A stretch of DNA of 64,000 nt from an uncultured Gammaproteobacteria bacterium (GTDB taxonomy: Bacteria; Pseudomonadota; Gammaproteobacteria; CAWCPV01), in contig CAWCPV010000004.1 in NCBI GenBank assembly GCA_963797555.1, positions 416,001-480,000 on the forward strand. Reading direction: 5' to 3'. Below, piece after piece: positions 20,675-31,849 of the stretch (within the stretch, counting starts at the first letter, position 1; each line of letters starts with the position of its first letter). Made by a program: the position numbers and the translations under genes. A model generated the notes under the pieces. The model was not told the DNA's origin, did not search any database, and was given only the letters and a program-made list of their open reading frames with translations.

Positions 20675-22198
20675 ATGATGAATGGTTTCCCTCTATTGAG
20701 CGTGGTCATCTGGCTGCCCATCGTGGGTGGTGTCGCGCTGCTCGCCTACGCGAAGAACACTTCGTTGCTGCGCTGGATGGCCCTTGGCTTCAGCGTCGTG
20801 ACATTCGTCCTGAGCGTTCCGCTGTACCGCGGATTCGACACGGCTACGGCCGATATGCAGTTTCAGGAGTGGTTTTCCTGGATACCGAGCTTCAACGTCC
20901 ACTACCACCTTGGGGTGGACGGCTTCTCCATGCCGCTGATCCTCCTCACCACCTTCACCACCGCTCTGGTAGTCGCAGCCGCCTGGGAGGTGATCCAATA
21001 CCGGGTGGCGCAGTATCTGGGGGCCTTGTTGATCATGGAAGGGCTGATGAACGGCGTGTTCGCCGCCCTCGACGCCGTCCTGTTCTATGTGTTCTGGGAG
21101 GCGATGCTGATCCCCATGTTCCTTATCATCGGGATCTGGGGCGGGCCGCGGCGCGTCTACGCCACCATCAAGTTCTTCCTGTACACCTTCTTGGGGTCGG
21201 TGTTCATGTTGGTGGCCCTGCTCTATCTATATTTTCAGTCGGGTAGCTTCGCCATCCTGGACTTCCATCAACTGCACCTCGGTCTCACGGCCCAGACCCT
21301 CATTTTCTTCGCATTCCTGCTCGCCTTCGCCGTCAAGGTGCCCATGTGGCCGGTGCACACTTGGCTGCCCGATGCCCACGTAGAGGCCCCCACCGGCGGG
21401 TCCGTGATCCTCGCGGCCATCATGCTGAAGGTCGGCGCATACGGCTTCTTGCGCTTCAGTCTGCCCATCACGCCGGATGCCAGCCACGCGCTGGACTGGT
21501 TGATAATCGCCCTATCGCTCATTGCGGTCGTCTACATCGCGCTGGTCGCCCTGGTGCAGCAGGACCTGAAGAAGCTCATCGCCTATTCCTCCATCTCCCA
21601 CATGGGCTTCGTGACCCTCGGACTGTTCATGGCCTGCGGGCTCCTGCACCGCGGCGGGAATGCTCAGTCGGCAGCGATGATGGGCGTGGAGGGGGCGGTC
21701 GTCCAGATGATTTCCCACGGCTTCATCTCGGGGGCTCTGTTCCTTTGCGTGGGGGTGCTTTACGACCGCATGCACACCCGGTTGATCTACGACTATGGCG
21801 GAGTGGCCGACGTGATGCCCGCCTTCGCGACCTTGATGGTTCTGTTTGCGATGGCCAATGCCGCCCTGCCGGGAACCTCTGGATTCGTGGGTGAATTCCT
21901 GGTCATCCTGAGCGCCTTCCAGGCTAACGTCTGGTACGCGCTCCTGGCCGGCACCACCTTGGTTCTGGGTGCCGCCTATACGCTGTGGATGGTGAAACGG
22001 GTCGTTTTCGGCAAGGTCACCAGCAAGGCCGTGGCGGCGCTGAGGGATATCGGTCTTAGAGAGTTCGGAATCCTGGGCGCGCTGGCGGTCGCGGTGCTGG
22101 TGCTGGGCGTGTGGCCCGCGCCCATGCTCGACGTGATGCACGCCTCGGTGGCGCATCTGCTGTCCCAAATCGCCCAGTCGAAGCTGGGGGGAATCTAG
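20675..22198 (+). CDS. nuoM: NADH-quinone oxidoreductase subunit M
   Basis: [24 protein letters not shown]. Confidence 0.97.
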   Translation: MMNGFPLLSVVIWLPIVGGVALLAYAKNTSLLRWMALGFSVVTFVLSVPLYRGFDTATADMQFQEWFSWIPSFNVHYHLGVDGFSMPLILLTTFTTALVVAAAWEVIQYRVAQYLGALLIMEGLMNGVFAALDAVLFYVFWEAMLIPMFLIIGIWGGPRRVYATIKFFLYTFLGSVFMLVALLYLYFQSGSFAILDFHQLHLGLTAQTLIFFAFLLAFAVKVPMWPVHTWLPDAHVEAPTGGSVILAAIMLKVGAYGFLRFSLPITPDASHALDWLIIALSLIAVVYIALVALVQQDLKKLIAYSSISHMGFVTLGLFMACGLLHRGGNAQSAAMMGVEGAVVQMISHGFISGALFLCVGVLYDRMHTRLIYDYGGVADVMPAFATLMVLFAMANAALPGTSGFVGEFLVILSAFQANVWYALLAGTTLVLGAAYTLWMVKRVVFGKVTSKAVAALRDIGLREFGILGALAVAVLVLGVWPAPMLDVMHASVAHLLSQIAQSKLGGI

Positions 22199-22203
22199 CC
22201 CGT

Positions 22204-23643
22204 ATGGCGCTCGCGCTCTCCGATTTGCTGCCGGTTTTGCCTGAAGTCGTCATCGCCTCCGCGGCCTGCGGCATCCTGCTGGTGGAGGCATTCTTGGGTG
22301 AGCGCCACCGCTATCTGAGCTTCGAGCTGTCGCAGGTTGCGCTCATCGCCGCGGCAGCGGTGACGCTGCTGATGCACAGCGACACGCCCAGCGTGGTGCT
22401 GAGTGGTACCTTCGTCAGCGACCGCATGAGCGACGTTCTTAAGGTGTTCATCTACCTCATCACCTTCATGGCCTTTCTTTACGCCCGTGACTATCTGCGG
22501 GCGCGCGACGCCCTGCGCGGCGAGTACTTCGTGCTGGGCCTGTTCGCGGTGCTGGGGATGATGGTGATGGTGTCCGCCCACAGCTTCCTGACCATCTATC
22601 TGGGCCTCGAGCTGCTCTCGCTGTCGCTGTATGCGATGGTCGCGCTGCAGCGCGATTCGAGCACCGCGGTGGAGGCGGCCATGAAGTACTTCGTGCTCGG
22701 CGCGCTTGCTTCGGGCATGCTGCTCTATGGCATGTCTATGCTGTACGGGGCGACCGGAAGTCTGGATCTGAGCGAGGTCAGCGCGGCGATCACGCGCATG
22801 TCGCCCGACGACGTGGTGCTTGTCTTCGGACTGGTGTTTGTCGTCGTCGGGGTTGCGTTCAAGCTGGGCGCCGTGCCCTTCCACATGTGGATCCCGGACG
22901 TGTACCACGGCGCCGCGACCCCGGTGACGCTGTTCGTGGGGACAGTGCCCAAGCTGGCCGCGTTTGCCATCGCCATCCGCCTGCTGGTGGACGGTCTGGA
23001 GGGCCTGCACGGGCACTGGCAGGCGATGTTCACGGCACTCGCCGTCCTGTCCATGGCCCTCGGCAATGTACTCGCCATTGCGCAAAGCAACATCAAGCGC
23101 ATGCTCGCCTATTCGACTATCTCGCACATAGGGTTCCTGCTGCTCGGCCTGATCGCCGCCTCACGCCCCGGCTACGCGGCCGCGATGTTCTACGCGATCG
23201 TTTATGCGCTCATGGCCTCAGGCGCCTTCGGCATGGTCATCGTGCTGAGCCGCGCGGGCTTCGAGGCCGACCGGCTGGAGGATCTGCGTGGCCTCAACGA
23301 GCGTAACCCCTGGTTTGCCTTCGTGATGCTGATCCTGATGTTCTCCATGGCCGGTGTGCCCCCGACGCTGGGATTCTTCGCGAAGCTCTACGTGCTGCAG
23401 GAAATCATCAACGTGAACCTGGTGTGGCTGGCGGTGGTCGGCGTGGTGTTCTCCGTCATCGGCGCCTTCTATTACCTGCGCGTGGTCAAGCTCATGTATT
23501 TCGACAAACCGCTCGACACGACGCCCGTGCGTCCGGCCCTCGATCTGCACATCGCGATCAGCCTCAACGGGCTGGCCATGCTCATCCTGGGGATCTACCC
23601 GGGGTTCCTGATGGCGTTGTGCGCGTCCGCTCTCGCCCAGTGA
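22204..23643 (+). CDS. nuoN: NADH-quinone oxidoreductase subunit N
   Basis: [26 protein letters not shown]; ATG at 22204. Confidence 0.96.
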   Translation: MALALSDLLPVLPEVVIASAACGILLVEAFLGERHRYLSFELSQVALIAAAAVTLLMHSDTPSVVLSGTFVSDRMSDVLKVFIYLITFMAFLYARDYLRARDALRGEYFVLGLFAVLGMMVMVSAHSFLTIYLGLELLSLSLYAMVALQRDSSTAVEAAMKYFVLGALASGMLLYGMSMLYGATGSLDLSEVSAAITRMSPDDVVLVFGLVFVVVGVAFKLGAVPFHMWIPDVYHGAATPVTLFVGTVPKLAAFAIAIRLLVDGLEGLHGHWQAMFTALAVLSMALGNVLAIAQSNIKRMLAYSTISHIGFLLLGLIAASRPGYAAAMFYAIVYALMASGAFGMVIVLSRAGFEADRLEDLRGLNERNPWFAFVMLILMFSMAGVPPTLGFFAKLYVLQEIINVNLVWLAVVGVVFSVIGAFYYLRVVKLMYFDKPLDTTPVRPALDLHIAISLNGLAMLILGIYPGFLMALCASALAQ

Positions 23644-23770
23644 GGACGGCCTTGGCCCGGATAGATGCGCGCCGCGTTGCGAGTGTCCAGAGGCGGGCGG
23701 CTTCGGCTGCGCCGTGCGCGACGTGGGCTCCGGCCGGACTCGCGGCGCTCCGGCGATCGAGTCGCCTGAC

Positions 23771-24859
23771 TCACGGCACCCTCTCCTTGAGCGCCACGCT
23801 CTTCACTTGGGCGTAGACCGGCAGGCCCGGCTTGAGGGCCAGCTCGGAGCAGGAGCGGCGCGTGACACGTGCAAGCAAGACGGTGCCGGCAAGGTGGAGC
23901 CGCACGGTCACCATGCCCCCGCTCTCCGGCGAGATGCCGCTGATCCGAGCTTGGAACACGTTGAGGATGCTGGTGCGTCCGGGGCGATCCAGCGATAGGC
24001 TGACGTCCCGCGCGTGGACGTAAACGCGCAACCGATGGTCCGAGGATGCGGGGAGCAGACCCGGGACGGTCAGACGCCCCCCCGAAAAACGCAGGTAGGT
24101 GAGGTGGTCGGTCTCATCGCGGCCCTCCACCACGGCCTCGATAAGGGCGCCGCCCTGGTCGAGCTTGGCGAGGGGCAGGTCGAGGCGTGACAGGATCTCT
24201 GCCAGCGGTCCCACAGCCTGCACCACACCGCCCTCCAGCAGTACGATTCTGTCGGCCAGCCGTACCACCTCTTCCAGCGAGTGGCTGACGTACATGACTG
24301 GTATTGCCAGGGCGTCGTGCAGCGTCTGGAGATAGGGCAGGATGTCCGCCTTGCTCCCAGCGTCCAGCGCCGCCAGTGGCTCGTCCAGCAGCAGCAAGCG
24401 CGGGCTGCTCACCAATGCCCTCGCGATAGCGACCCGTTGGCGTTCTCCGCCGGAGAGCTGGCGGGGATAGCGGTGTAGCAACCGGGCGATCCCCAGCCAA
24501 TGTGCGACCTCATCGAGGGTCGGGCGGCGCCCTGAACTGGAGGCCCGCCGCCAAGCATAGCGCAGGTTGCCGACGACCGAGAGATGGGGGAACAACGTCG
24601 GCTCCTGAAAGACGTACCCGATGCCTCGCCGGTGCGTGGGGAGGAAGCGCCCGCGCTGCTCGTCTTGCCAGCACTCTCCGCCCACTTCCAGATACCCACG
24701 CTGTGCATGCTCCAGACCGGCCAGGCATCGCAGCAACGTGGTCTTGCCCGCGCCGGAATCCCCGAATACCGCGGTGATACCCTGGGGCGGTGCCGCGATC
24801 TCGGCCTGCAGCCGGAACGTGCCGCGCTGCAGATCAAAGTGCCCGCGCAGCCCACTCAC
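23771..24859 (-). CDS. modC: molybdate ABC transporter ATP-binding protein
   Basis: GDSGAGKTT, LSGGERQRVAIAR, C-terminal TOBE/mop domain (SILNV...AQVKSVAL). Confidence 0.95.
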   Translation of the reverse strand: MSGLRGHFDLQRGTFRLQAEIAAPPQGITAVFGDSGAGKTTLLRCLAGLEHAQRGYLEVGGECWQDEQRGRFLPTHRRGIGYVFQEPTLFPHLSVVGNLRYAWRRASSSGRRPTLDEVAHWLGIARLLHRYPRQLSGGERQRVAIARALVSSPRLLLLDEPLAALDAGSKADILPYLQTLHDALAIPVMYVSHSLEEVVRLADRIVLLEGGVVQAVGPLAEILSRLDLPLAKLDQGGALIEAVVEGRDETDHLTYLRFSGGRLTVPGLLPASSDHRLRVYVHARDVSLSLDRPGRTSILNVFQARISGISPESGGMVTVRLHLAGTVLLARVTRRSCSELALKPGLPVYAQVKSVALKERVP

Positions 24860-25539
24860 CGCGCCCAGGGCAACAGGCGTCGATGGGTGCTGTAGACCGC
24901 AAGCAGCATGAGAAACGACACCATCAGAATACCTCCCGACAGGATATGGGCTTGCGCGTAACGCAGCGCTTCGACCTGGTCATAGATAACGATGGAGAGC
25001 ACTTGGGTCTGCCCCGGGATGTTGCCCCCGATCATCAGCACCACCCCGAACTCACCCAGCGTGTGAGCAAAACCCAGGGTCGTGGCGGTCAGGAGACCTC
25101 GCCTGGCGAGCGGCAGGGCCACCGTGAGAAAGCGATCGAGCGGCGAGGCGCGCAGGCATGCCGCCGCGTCCAGCAACTCCTGTTCCACTCCCTCGAAGGC
25201 GTTGGCCAGGGGTTGCACTACGAAGGGAAGCGAATAGACGACAGACCCCAGCACCAAACCGCTGAAGGTGAACACCAGTGGGTCCCCGCCCAGTCCATGC
25301 CAGAAGGCGCCCACTGGGCCTCGGGGCCCCAAGGCCAGGAGCAGATAGAAACCCAGCACCGTGGGCGGCAGGACCAGAGGCAGGGCGACTACGGCTTCGA
25401 CGACGATCCTGGCGCGGGAGCGGGTGCGCGCCATCCACCAGGCGATGGGTGTGCCCAACACCAGCAGCAAGGCCGTAGACACCGTCGCAAGGCGCAAGGT
25501 GATCCAGACAGGGACCCAGTCGATATCCGAGACGGGCAT
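24856..25539 (-). CDS. modB: molybdate ABC transporter permease
   Basis: LPLVLPPTVLGFYLL, FAHTLGEFGVVLMIGGNIPG. Confidence 0.95.
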   Translation of the reverse strand: MPVSDIDWVPVWITLRLATVSTALLLVLGTPIAWWMARTRSRARIVVEAVVALPLVLPPTVLGFYLLLALGPRGPVGAFWHGLGGDPLVFTFSGLVLGSVVYSLPFVVQPLANAFEGVEQELLDAAACLRASPLDRFLTVALPLARRGLLTATTLGFAHTLGEFGVVLMIGGNIPGQTQVLSIVIYDQVEALRYAQAHILSGGILMVSFLMLLAVYSTHRRLLPWAR

Positions 25540-25548
25540 GGTCGTGGG

Positions 25549-26388
25549 TTATTGTCCGAAGTCAGAGCTGGCTGTCGGACTCCGTTCAGGTGCTCCGTAG
25601 CCGTAGCCTTCGATAGTCGCGATGGCTGTCTCGCTCTTGAGAAACTCGAGGAACGCTCGTGCCGCAGCGTTGGCTCTCCCGTGCTTCAGCAGCACCGCCT
25701 GCTGCAACAACGGGTCGTACAGGTTCTGTGCCACTAGCCAATAGGTGTGCTGCGGGCTATGGCCGGCGAGGTAGAGCTGAGAGAGTGCGATGAACCCCAG
25801 CTCGGCGTTCCCCCCGGCCACGAACTGGTAGGTCTGGCCGATGTCCTGTCCCCGGACCAGCCGCCCCTGCAGCTTCCCCCAGAGGCCAAGGCGCGTGAGC
25901 ACTTGGCGGGCCGCGGCTCCATAGGGCGCCGTGTCCGGATTGGCCAAAGCGAGGTGGCGAAAGCGCGCCTGCTCGAGGAGTCTAGCGCCCTCGCCCGAAA
26001 GGTCCGCACTCGGGGACCAAAGAACGAGCCGACCGATGGCGTACGTGAAGCGCGTCCCCGGAACGGCCAAGCCTTCTGCCTCGAGCCGTCTCGGGCGCTC
26101 CGCGTCCGCGGCGAAGAACACGTCGTAGGGTGCTCCGCTGCGGATCTGCGCGTAGATCTGGCCGGTGGAGCCCGAGCTCACCAGACCGCGGTAGCCGGAC
26201 GCCTCGGCGAAGCTGGTCAGCAACGTCTCCAACGTCACGCGGAAGTTTGCGGCCACCGCGACCTGCAAGTCGGTGGCACAGGCCGGTGCTCCGTGGACCA
26301 AGCCGATGACCGCACCAAGGGAGAGAAACGCCCGCGCCAAGGCAAGGATCGACCTGGGCTGGGCGGACGCGGAACGCGCATCCATCAC
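25549..26388 (-). CDS. modA: molybdate ABC transporter substrate-binding protein
   Basis: VAVAANF, GSTG..YAQI..GAPYDVFFAAD, ANP..APYG.AA. Confidence 0.95.
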   Translation of the reverse strand: MMDARSASAQPRSILALARAFLSLGAVIGLVHGAPACATDLQVAVAANFRVTLETLLTSFAEASGYRGLVSSGSTGQIYAQIRSGAPYDVFFAADAERPRRLEAEGLAVPGTRFTYAIGRLVLWSPSADLSGEGARLLEQARFRHLALANPDTAPYGAAARQVLTRLGLWGKLQGRLVRGQDIGQTYQFVAGGNAELGFIALSQLYLAGHSPQHTYWLVAQNLYDPLLQQAVLLKHGRANAAARAFLEFLKSETAIATIEGYGYGAPERSPTASSDFGQ

Positions 26389-26433
26389 CCTTTGTTCCCC
26401 TCCGACTCTGGCGGCGCGCCCCGACGGTGGAAG

Positions 26434-27337
26434 CTAGGGCAACAGGAAAAGCTCCAGCAGCGCTTTCTGGGAGTGCAGCCGGTTCTCCGCCTCGTCCCAG
26501 ACCACACTCTGAGGGCCATCGATGACCTCGCTGGCTACCTCCTCTCCGCGGTGTGCTGGCAGACAGTGCATGAACAGGGCGTCGTGATGGGCCCGTGCCA
26601 TGACCGTGGGCGTAACCTGATAGGCGGCGAAGGCCCGGCTGCGAGCCTCCTGCTCCACCTCCTGCCCCATGCTCGCCCAGACGTCGGTGACCACCAAGTC
26701 GGCATCCGAGGCGGCCTTCGCAGGGTCTCTCAACAACGTAACGCGGGCGTGGTCACGAGCCAATAGGCTGCGGTCCGGTTCGTACCCCGCGGGGCAGCAG
26801 ACACGCAGCTTGAAGTCCAACTGCCGTGCGGCATTGATGTAGGAGTTGCACATGTTGTTGCCATCTCCGATCCAGGCCACGGTCTTGCCGCGGTATCGGA
26901 CCGCGCCTCTCCCAGAAGGTCTGTATGTCGGCGAGCAGTTGGCAGGGGTGAAACCGGTCGGTGAGGGCGTTGATCACGGGTACCCGCGATAACGCGGCGA
27001 ACCGTTCCAGCTTCTCGTGCTCATAGGTGCGGACTACGATAGCATCGACCATGCGCGACAGCACCCTTGCGGTGTCTTCCAAGGGCTCCCCGCGCCCGAG
27101 CTGGGTGTCCCGGGGGGAGAGGAATATGCTGCTGCCGCCGAAATGGGCCATAGCGGCCTCGAACGACACACGCGTTCGTGTGGAGGACTTCTCGAAGACC
27201 ATAGCCAGCACGCGGTTCTTGAGCGGCTGGTAGCCCGTGCCGCGGGGCACAGTCTTGATCTCCATGGCGCGAAGCAGCAGCGCCTCGAGGCGGCTGGGGC
27301 TCAGGTCGAGGAGCGTGAGAAAATGCCGGACCGTCAC
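26434..27337 (-). CDS. argF: ornithine carbamoyltransferase (one frameshift near 26890, probably a sequencing error)
   Basis: [13 protein letters not shown] and HPCQLLAD in one frame; WIGDGNN and [11 protein letters not shown] in the next. Confidence 0.92.
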
Positions 27338-27340
27338 CGA

Positions 27341-28519
27341 CTACCCGCTGCAGAGAAAGTCCCGCAAGACCCGCACCGTTCCTTCTATAATCTGCTCGGC
27401 TTGGTCGTCGGTGATCACCAGGGGCGGGAGCAGCCGGACCACACGCTCGGCCGTCACGTTGATGAGCAGCCCCTGCTCCAGAGCCGCGGCCGCGAGGAGA
27501 CGACAGGGGCGGTCGAGCTCGATGCCGATGAGCAGGCCCTTCCCCCGGACGGCGAGTACCCCGGCCTGTCCGGCCAGTGCGGCACGTAACGCACCGAGCA
27601 TCCGGGACCCGAGGACCGCCGCCCGGCCGGCGAGATCCTGATCCCGCATGGTGTGCACTACTGCGAGCGCCGCGGCGCACGCCAGAGGATTACCGCCGAA
27701 GGTCGTGGCATGGTTGCCCGGCCGGAATGTCTCGGCCGCTGCCCCTCGGGCCAGACAGCAGCCGATGGGTACGCCGTTGCCCAAGGCCTTGGCGAGGGTG
27801 ATGGCGTCCGGCTCTAGGGCGGCATCCTGGAAACCGAACCAGTGCCCGGTGCGGCACATTCCGGTCTGCACCTCATCCACGATCATCAGCCAGCCTTGCC
27901 GGTCGCAGAGACGACGGACGCCGGACAGGTAGTCCGGGTCCGGTACGATGACGCCCCCCTCCCCCTGCACCGCCTCCAGCAGGACAGCGACCACGTCCGG
28001 ACTGTTGGCCGCGACGGTCTCGATAGCCGCCAAGTTGTTGTAGGGTACGCGGGCAAAACCCTGCACCAGGGGCTCGAAGCCCGCCTGGACACGGCGGTTT
28101 CCAGTTGCCGTCAGCGTGGCCAGAGTCCGACCGTGGAAGCTGCCCTCCGCGACTACGACAGTCGGTACCGCGATACCTCGGTGGTGGCCGACAAGGCGTG
28201 CCAGCTTGATCGCCGCCTCGTTGGCCTCGGCCCCGGAGTTGCAGAAGAACGCGCGCTCCATTCCCGAGAGCTGCGTCAGCTCGCTCGCCAGTTGCTGCTG
28301 TAACGGGATCTCGTACAGGTTCGAGGTGTGGACCAGGCGCCCGACCTGGTCACACACCGCCGCGGCGACAGCAGGATGCGCGTGCCCGAGGCTGCATACC
28401 GCCACTCCGCTGACCGCATCCAGATAGCGCTTGCCGTGCGCGTCCCACAGCCACGCACCTTCGCCGCGCTCGAACGCGACGGGCAGAGGGCTGTAAGTCG
28501 CCATCAGCCGGTCGTGCAT
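27341..28519 (-). CDS. argD: acetylornithine aminotransferase
   Basis: FFCNSGAEANEAA, SFHGRT, DEVQTG, AKALGNG; adjacent to argF. Confidence 0.93.
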   Translation of the reverse strand: MHDRLMATYSPLPVAFERGEGAWLWDAHGKRYLDAVSGVAVCSLGHAHPAVAAAVCDQVGRLVHTSNLYEIPLQQQLASELTQLSGMERAFFCNSGAEANEAAIKLARLVGHHRGIAVPTVVVAEGSFHGRTLATLTATGNRRVQAGFEPLVQGFARVPYNNLAAIETVAANSPDVVAVLLEAVQGEGGVIVPDPDYLSGVRRLCDRQGWLMIVDEVQTGMCRTGHWFGFQDAALEPDAITLAKALGNGVPIGCCLARGAAAETFRPGNHATTFGGNPLACAAALAVVHTMRDQDLAGRAAVLGSRMLGALRAALAGQAGVLAVRGKGLLIGIELDRPCRLLAAAALEQGLLINVTAERVVRLLPPLVITDDQAEQIIEGTVRVLRDFLCSG

Positions 28520-28634
28520 CGATTAATCGCCCACCCCGGGCGCCTCGCGGACCGCTGGCCTCGACTCACGCTCGCAAGGTTGTGGGAGCATGCTATGGAG
28601 AACCCGCTCGAAGAGGCGCTGTAGCTTTCCGTGA

Positions 28635-28669
28635 AAGACGAAACCCGGCCAGCGGCCGGGTTTCGTCTT
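28635..28669 (-). terminator. strong hairpin, probable intrinsic terminator after puuD
   Basis: AAGACGAAACCCGGCC-AGC-GGCCGGGTTTCGTCTT, a perfect 16-bp stem 20 bp past the stop codon. Confidence 0.8.
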
Positions 28670-28688
28670 ATTGAAGGACCTGAGAGTG

Positions 28689-29180
28689 CTAGAAGAAGCG
28701 GTGGCTTGCCGATGCCATGAAGAAGAGCATCGGGATAGACAGCAGGGTGTTGATGCGCGAAGCGCGGGAGGCGATGCGGCGCGCCTTGGCCTTTTGGTCA
28801 TCGGTCGCCTGCACGATCCCCAGGATCTTCTTCTGGCTCGGCCAGATCAGCACCCACACGTTGAAGAGCATGATTGTCCCGAGCCAGGCTCCCATGCCGA
28901 TCCATGCGGACGGCCCGCGGAGCAAGAAGGCGTGGACCAAGCCCCAATTGGAATTGGCCAGGTAGGCAGCACCCGTCAGCCAAGTCGCCAATGCCGCCCA
29001 GCGGAACCACAGCAGGGCCCTGGGTACTACGTACTTGGTGATACCCGCCCCGCCGGGCCCACCTTTGTCCGCAGCCGCCTCTGCGAGGGCAGGGACCTGA
29101 ACGAAGTTGAAGTAATACAGCAGGCCGATCCAGGTGATACCCGCAAGGAAGTGGAACCAACGCTCAAAAAACAACTCCAT
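28689..29180 (-). CDS. urate hydroxylase PuuD-family membrane protein (no cytochrome c domain)
   Basis: RWFHFLAGITWIGLLYYFNFVQVP, FRWAALATW, MLFNVWVLIWPSQKK, SRINTLLSIPML. Confidence 0.85.
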   Translation of the reverse strand: MELFFERWFHFLAGITWIGLLYYFNFVQVPALAEAAADKGGPGGAGITKYVVPRALLWFRWAALATWLTGAAYLANSNWGLVHAFLLRGPSAWIGMGAWLGTIMLFNVWVLIWPSQKKILGIVQATDDQKAKARRIASRASRINTLLSIPMLFFMASASHRFF

Positions 29181-29230
29181 AACGGTTCTCCTTGAAGTCT
29201 GTGCCAGGTCGTTCGATCGTAGCCGGCCGG

Positions 29231-29323
29231 CTATGCGATGAATCGGACGATGAGAAAAAGTACCCCGGTCAAGACAAACCCGGAAATAATCGTGCCGATG
29301 ATGGAGTCAAGCGGATTCTTCAT
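29231..29323 (-). CDS. 30-aa single-TM peptide upstream of the puuD-like gene
   Basis: AAGGGGAG RBS then MKNPLDSIIGTIISGFVLTGVLFLIVRFIA. Confidence 0.6.
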   Translation of the reverse strand: MKNPLDSIIGTIISGFVLTGVLFLIVRFIA

Positions 29324-29537
29324 CACTCTCCCCTTCGTCTCGCCAAGGCGAATTGTCGACTGCTTCGCTAAGAAATCGGAGTATACAGAGATCGCTCCCC
29401 CCCGTGCAATGAGAGGATCCTGTGCCCGTGGATGGCCTTTGCCACCGCCGGTGCCGTACGGCATCATGATGGGCAGTCTGCCTCGGCTTGTTGACGGTCC
29501 TCACGGCCCCGACTGACCCAGCGAGGTCTCCACAACC

Positions 29538-31325
29538 ATGTGTGGCATCTGCGGCGAGTTCCGCCTGGACGGCGCACTGCCCGACCTGTCCGCGGTCGGT
29601 CGTATGACCGCAGCCCTTGCCCGCCGCGGCCCTGATCACCAGGGCGTTTTCGCCGAGGGTCCGATCGCCCTAGGACACCGTCGCCTGGCCATCATCGACC
29701 TGTCGTATCGCTCCAATCAGCCTCTGGCGGATGCCGACCTGGGCCTGGTCTTGGTGTTCAACGGCACCATCTACAACTTCCACGAGCTCCGCGCTGAGCT
29801 GGGAGCGCTTGGGTACCGGTTCTTCACCGAGGGCGACAGCGAGGTCATCCTCAAGGCCTACGCAGCGTGGGGCGACCGCTGCGTAGAGCGTCTGGATGGC
29901 ATGTTTGCATTTGCGATATGGGACTTGCCCCGCCAGCGCTTGTTCCTCGGTCGGGACCGGCTCGGTATCAAGCCGCTCTATTACGCGCGCAACACCAAGC
30001 GGCTGCGATTCGCGTCCAGCGTTCAGGCGCTGCTTGCTGCGGGCGAGCTAGACACCTCCCTCGACGCCGTCGCGCTGCACCACCACCTGACCCTGCACGG
30101 GGTAGTGCCGGCGCCGAGGACGGTGTTGAGAGAGGTGCGAAAACTGGCGCCCGCCCATACCATGGCGGTGGAGTCCCGAGGGTATACGGAGGAGACGCGT
30201 TACTGGGAGCTGCGTGCGCAGCGGCCCAGCCGCCCGGTCAGCGAGCAGGAATGGCTAGTACGCGTCCATAGCGCGCTGCAGGAGGCGGTGAGGCGGCGCC
30301 TGACCGTGGCCGACGTTCCAGTCGGGGTGCTGCTGTCCGGCGGTCTCGATTCGAGTCTGCTGGTGGCGCTCCTTGCCGAGGCGGGTGTGCGGGATCTGCG
30401 GACCTTCTCCATTGGCTTCGAAGACGCTCCGGAGGAAAGCGGCAGCGAATTCGAGTACTCCGATCTCGTGGCGGAGCGCTTCTCCACGCGCCACCTGCGC
30501 TATCACGTGCCTAACCGGGAGGTCTTGGACCGGCTCCCCGAGGCCGTGGCCTCGATGGCGGAGCCGATGGTGGGCCAGGACGCTGTGGCCTTCTATCTGC
30601 TCGCCGAGCGTGTGACACGAGAGGTGAAGGTCGTCCAGAGCGGCCAGGGAGCCGACGAGGTGTTCGCCGGATACTTCTGGTATCCCCTGATGGACGGGGA
30701 GGAGGGTGCCGACGTGGAGCGCTTCGGGCGCCATTACTTCGATCGCAGCCACGGGGAGCTCATCCAGACCCTCTCCCCCGCCTTCCAGGGACCCGACCAC
30801 ACGACAGCGATGATCGGGGCGCTGCTCGCCGATGCCCGCGCAGACACATTCCTGGACCGCGTGCTGCGCATGGATGTTACTACGCTCATCGTCGACGATC
30901 CAGTCAAGCGGGTGGACAACATGACGATGGCCTTCGGGCTCGAGGCCCGCGTGCCCTACCTGGATCACCATGTCGTGGAGCTGGCCATGGAGATGCCGCC
31001 TGACCTCAAGCTGCGCGGGTCCGGCAAGTATCCGCTCAAGGCCATAGCCAGAGGGCGGCTGCCGGATGCGGTGATCGACCGGAAGAAAGGCTACTTTCCA
31101 GTACCGGCTCTGAAGTATGTGCGGGGACCGTTCCTGGCGCTGATGCGCGATGTTCTCAGCTCCGACGCCTGCCGCGCCCGCGGCCTGTTCCAGCGCGACT
31201 ACGTCGACAGGCTGTTGGCCGCTCCTGAGCGTCACATGACGCCGTTGCAGGGGAGCAAGTTATGGCATCTCGCGCTGTTGGAGCTGTGGCTGCAGGTGAA
31301 CGTGGATCGCGGGACGGGCGCATGA
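29538..31325 (+). CDS. N-acetylglutaminylglutamine amidotransferase / asparagine synthetase B family
   Basis: N-terminal MCGICGE Ntn nucleophile, LSGGLDSS, SGQGADE, VDDPVKRVDNMTMA. Confidence 0.9.
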   Translation: MCGICGEFRLDGALPDLSAVGRMTAALARRGPDHQGVFAEGPIALGHRRLAIIDLSYRSNQPLADADLGLVLVFNGTIYNFHELRAELGALGYRFFTEGDSEVILKAYAAWGDRCVERLDGMFAFAIWDLPRQRLFLGRDRLGIKPLYYARNTKRLRFASSVQALLAAGELDTSLDAVALHHHLTLHGVVPAPRTVLREVRKLAPAHTMAVESRGYTEETRYWELRAQRPSRPVSEQEWLVRVHSALQEAVRRRLTVADVPVGVLLSGGLDSSLLVALLAEAGVRDLRTFSIGFEDAPEESGSEFEYSDLVAERFSTRHLRYHVPNREVLDRLPEAVASMAEPMVGQDAVAFYLLAERVTREVKVVQSGQGADEVFAGYFWYPLMDGEEGADVERFGRHYFDRSHGELIQTLSPAFQGPDHTTAMIGALLADARADTFLDRVLRMDVTTLIVDDPVKRVDNMTMAFGLEARVPYLDHHVVELAMEMPPDLKLRGSGKYPLKAIARGRLPDAVIDRKKGYFPVPALKYVRGPFLALMRDVLSSDACRARGLFQRDYVDRLLAAPERHMTPLQGSKLWHLALLELWLQVNVDRGTGA

Positions 31326-31412
31326 GCGCCTAAGGCCGCATGCATCCAGGTGTTTTCTAGGCCGTCCCCTTTCAGCTAGACTGTGTCCAACTATCGATTC
31401 GGGAGATGCTCA

Positions 31413-31745
31413 ATGGACGTGATGGACAGGATCAAGGATCAGGTGGAGGGCAACCGCGTCATGCTCTACATGAAGGGGACGCCCGATATGCCCATGTGCG
31501 GCTTCTCGGCCCGTGCGGCTCAGGTGCTGAAGCTGTGCGGCGCCGACTTCGCCTACGTGAACGTGCTCGCCGACCAAGAGGTTTTTCAGAACCTGCCGCG
31601 CTATGCCGACTGGCCGACCTTCCCCCAGCTCTATGTGAAGGGGGATCTGGTCGGAGGCTCGGATATCATGATCGAGATGTATCAGAAGGGCGAGATGCAG
31701 AAACTCCTACAGGATGCCGGGGCACTCAAGCAGGCGCAGTCCTGA
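31413..31745 (+). CDS. grxD: monothiol glutaredoxin Grx4
   Basis: LYMKGTP..PMCGFS, WPTFPQLYV.G.LVGGSDI. Confidence 0.95.
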   Translation: MDVMDRIKDQVEGNRVMLYMKGTPDMPMCGFSARAAQVLKLCGADFAYVNVLADQEVFQNLPRYADWPTFPQLYVKGDLVGGSDIMIEMYQKGEMQKLLQDAGALKQAQS

Positions 31746-31849
31746 AGGGATCCCAGCGGATGGGCGGCAATGTCCGGCGAACAAGCCGCCCTTCGCGCGC
31801 GCCGCCCCTCGACGGGAACGCCGTGGCTGAGCGCTGCGTCTGCATCGCG

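Noticed and set aside
9254-23550. Long antisense ORFs across the nuo operon
   Set aside because: Typical high-GC shadow frames of highly conserved genes.
26880-26900. Programmed frameshifting in argF (and in the RND/MFP genes)
   Set aside because: No slippery heptamer seen; scattered single-base indels across the window point to sequencing error.
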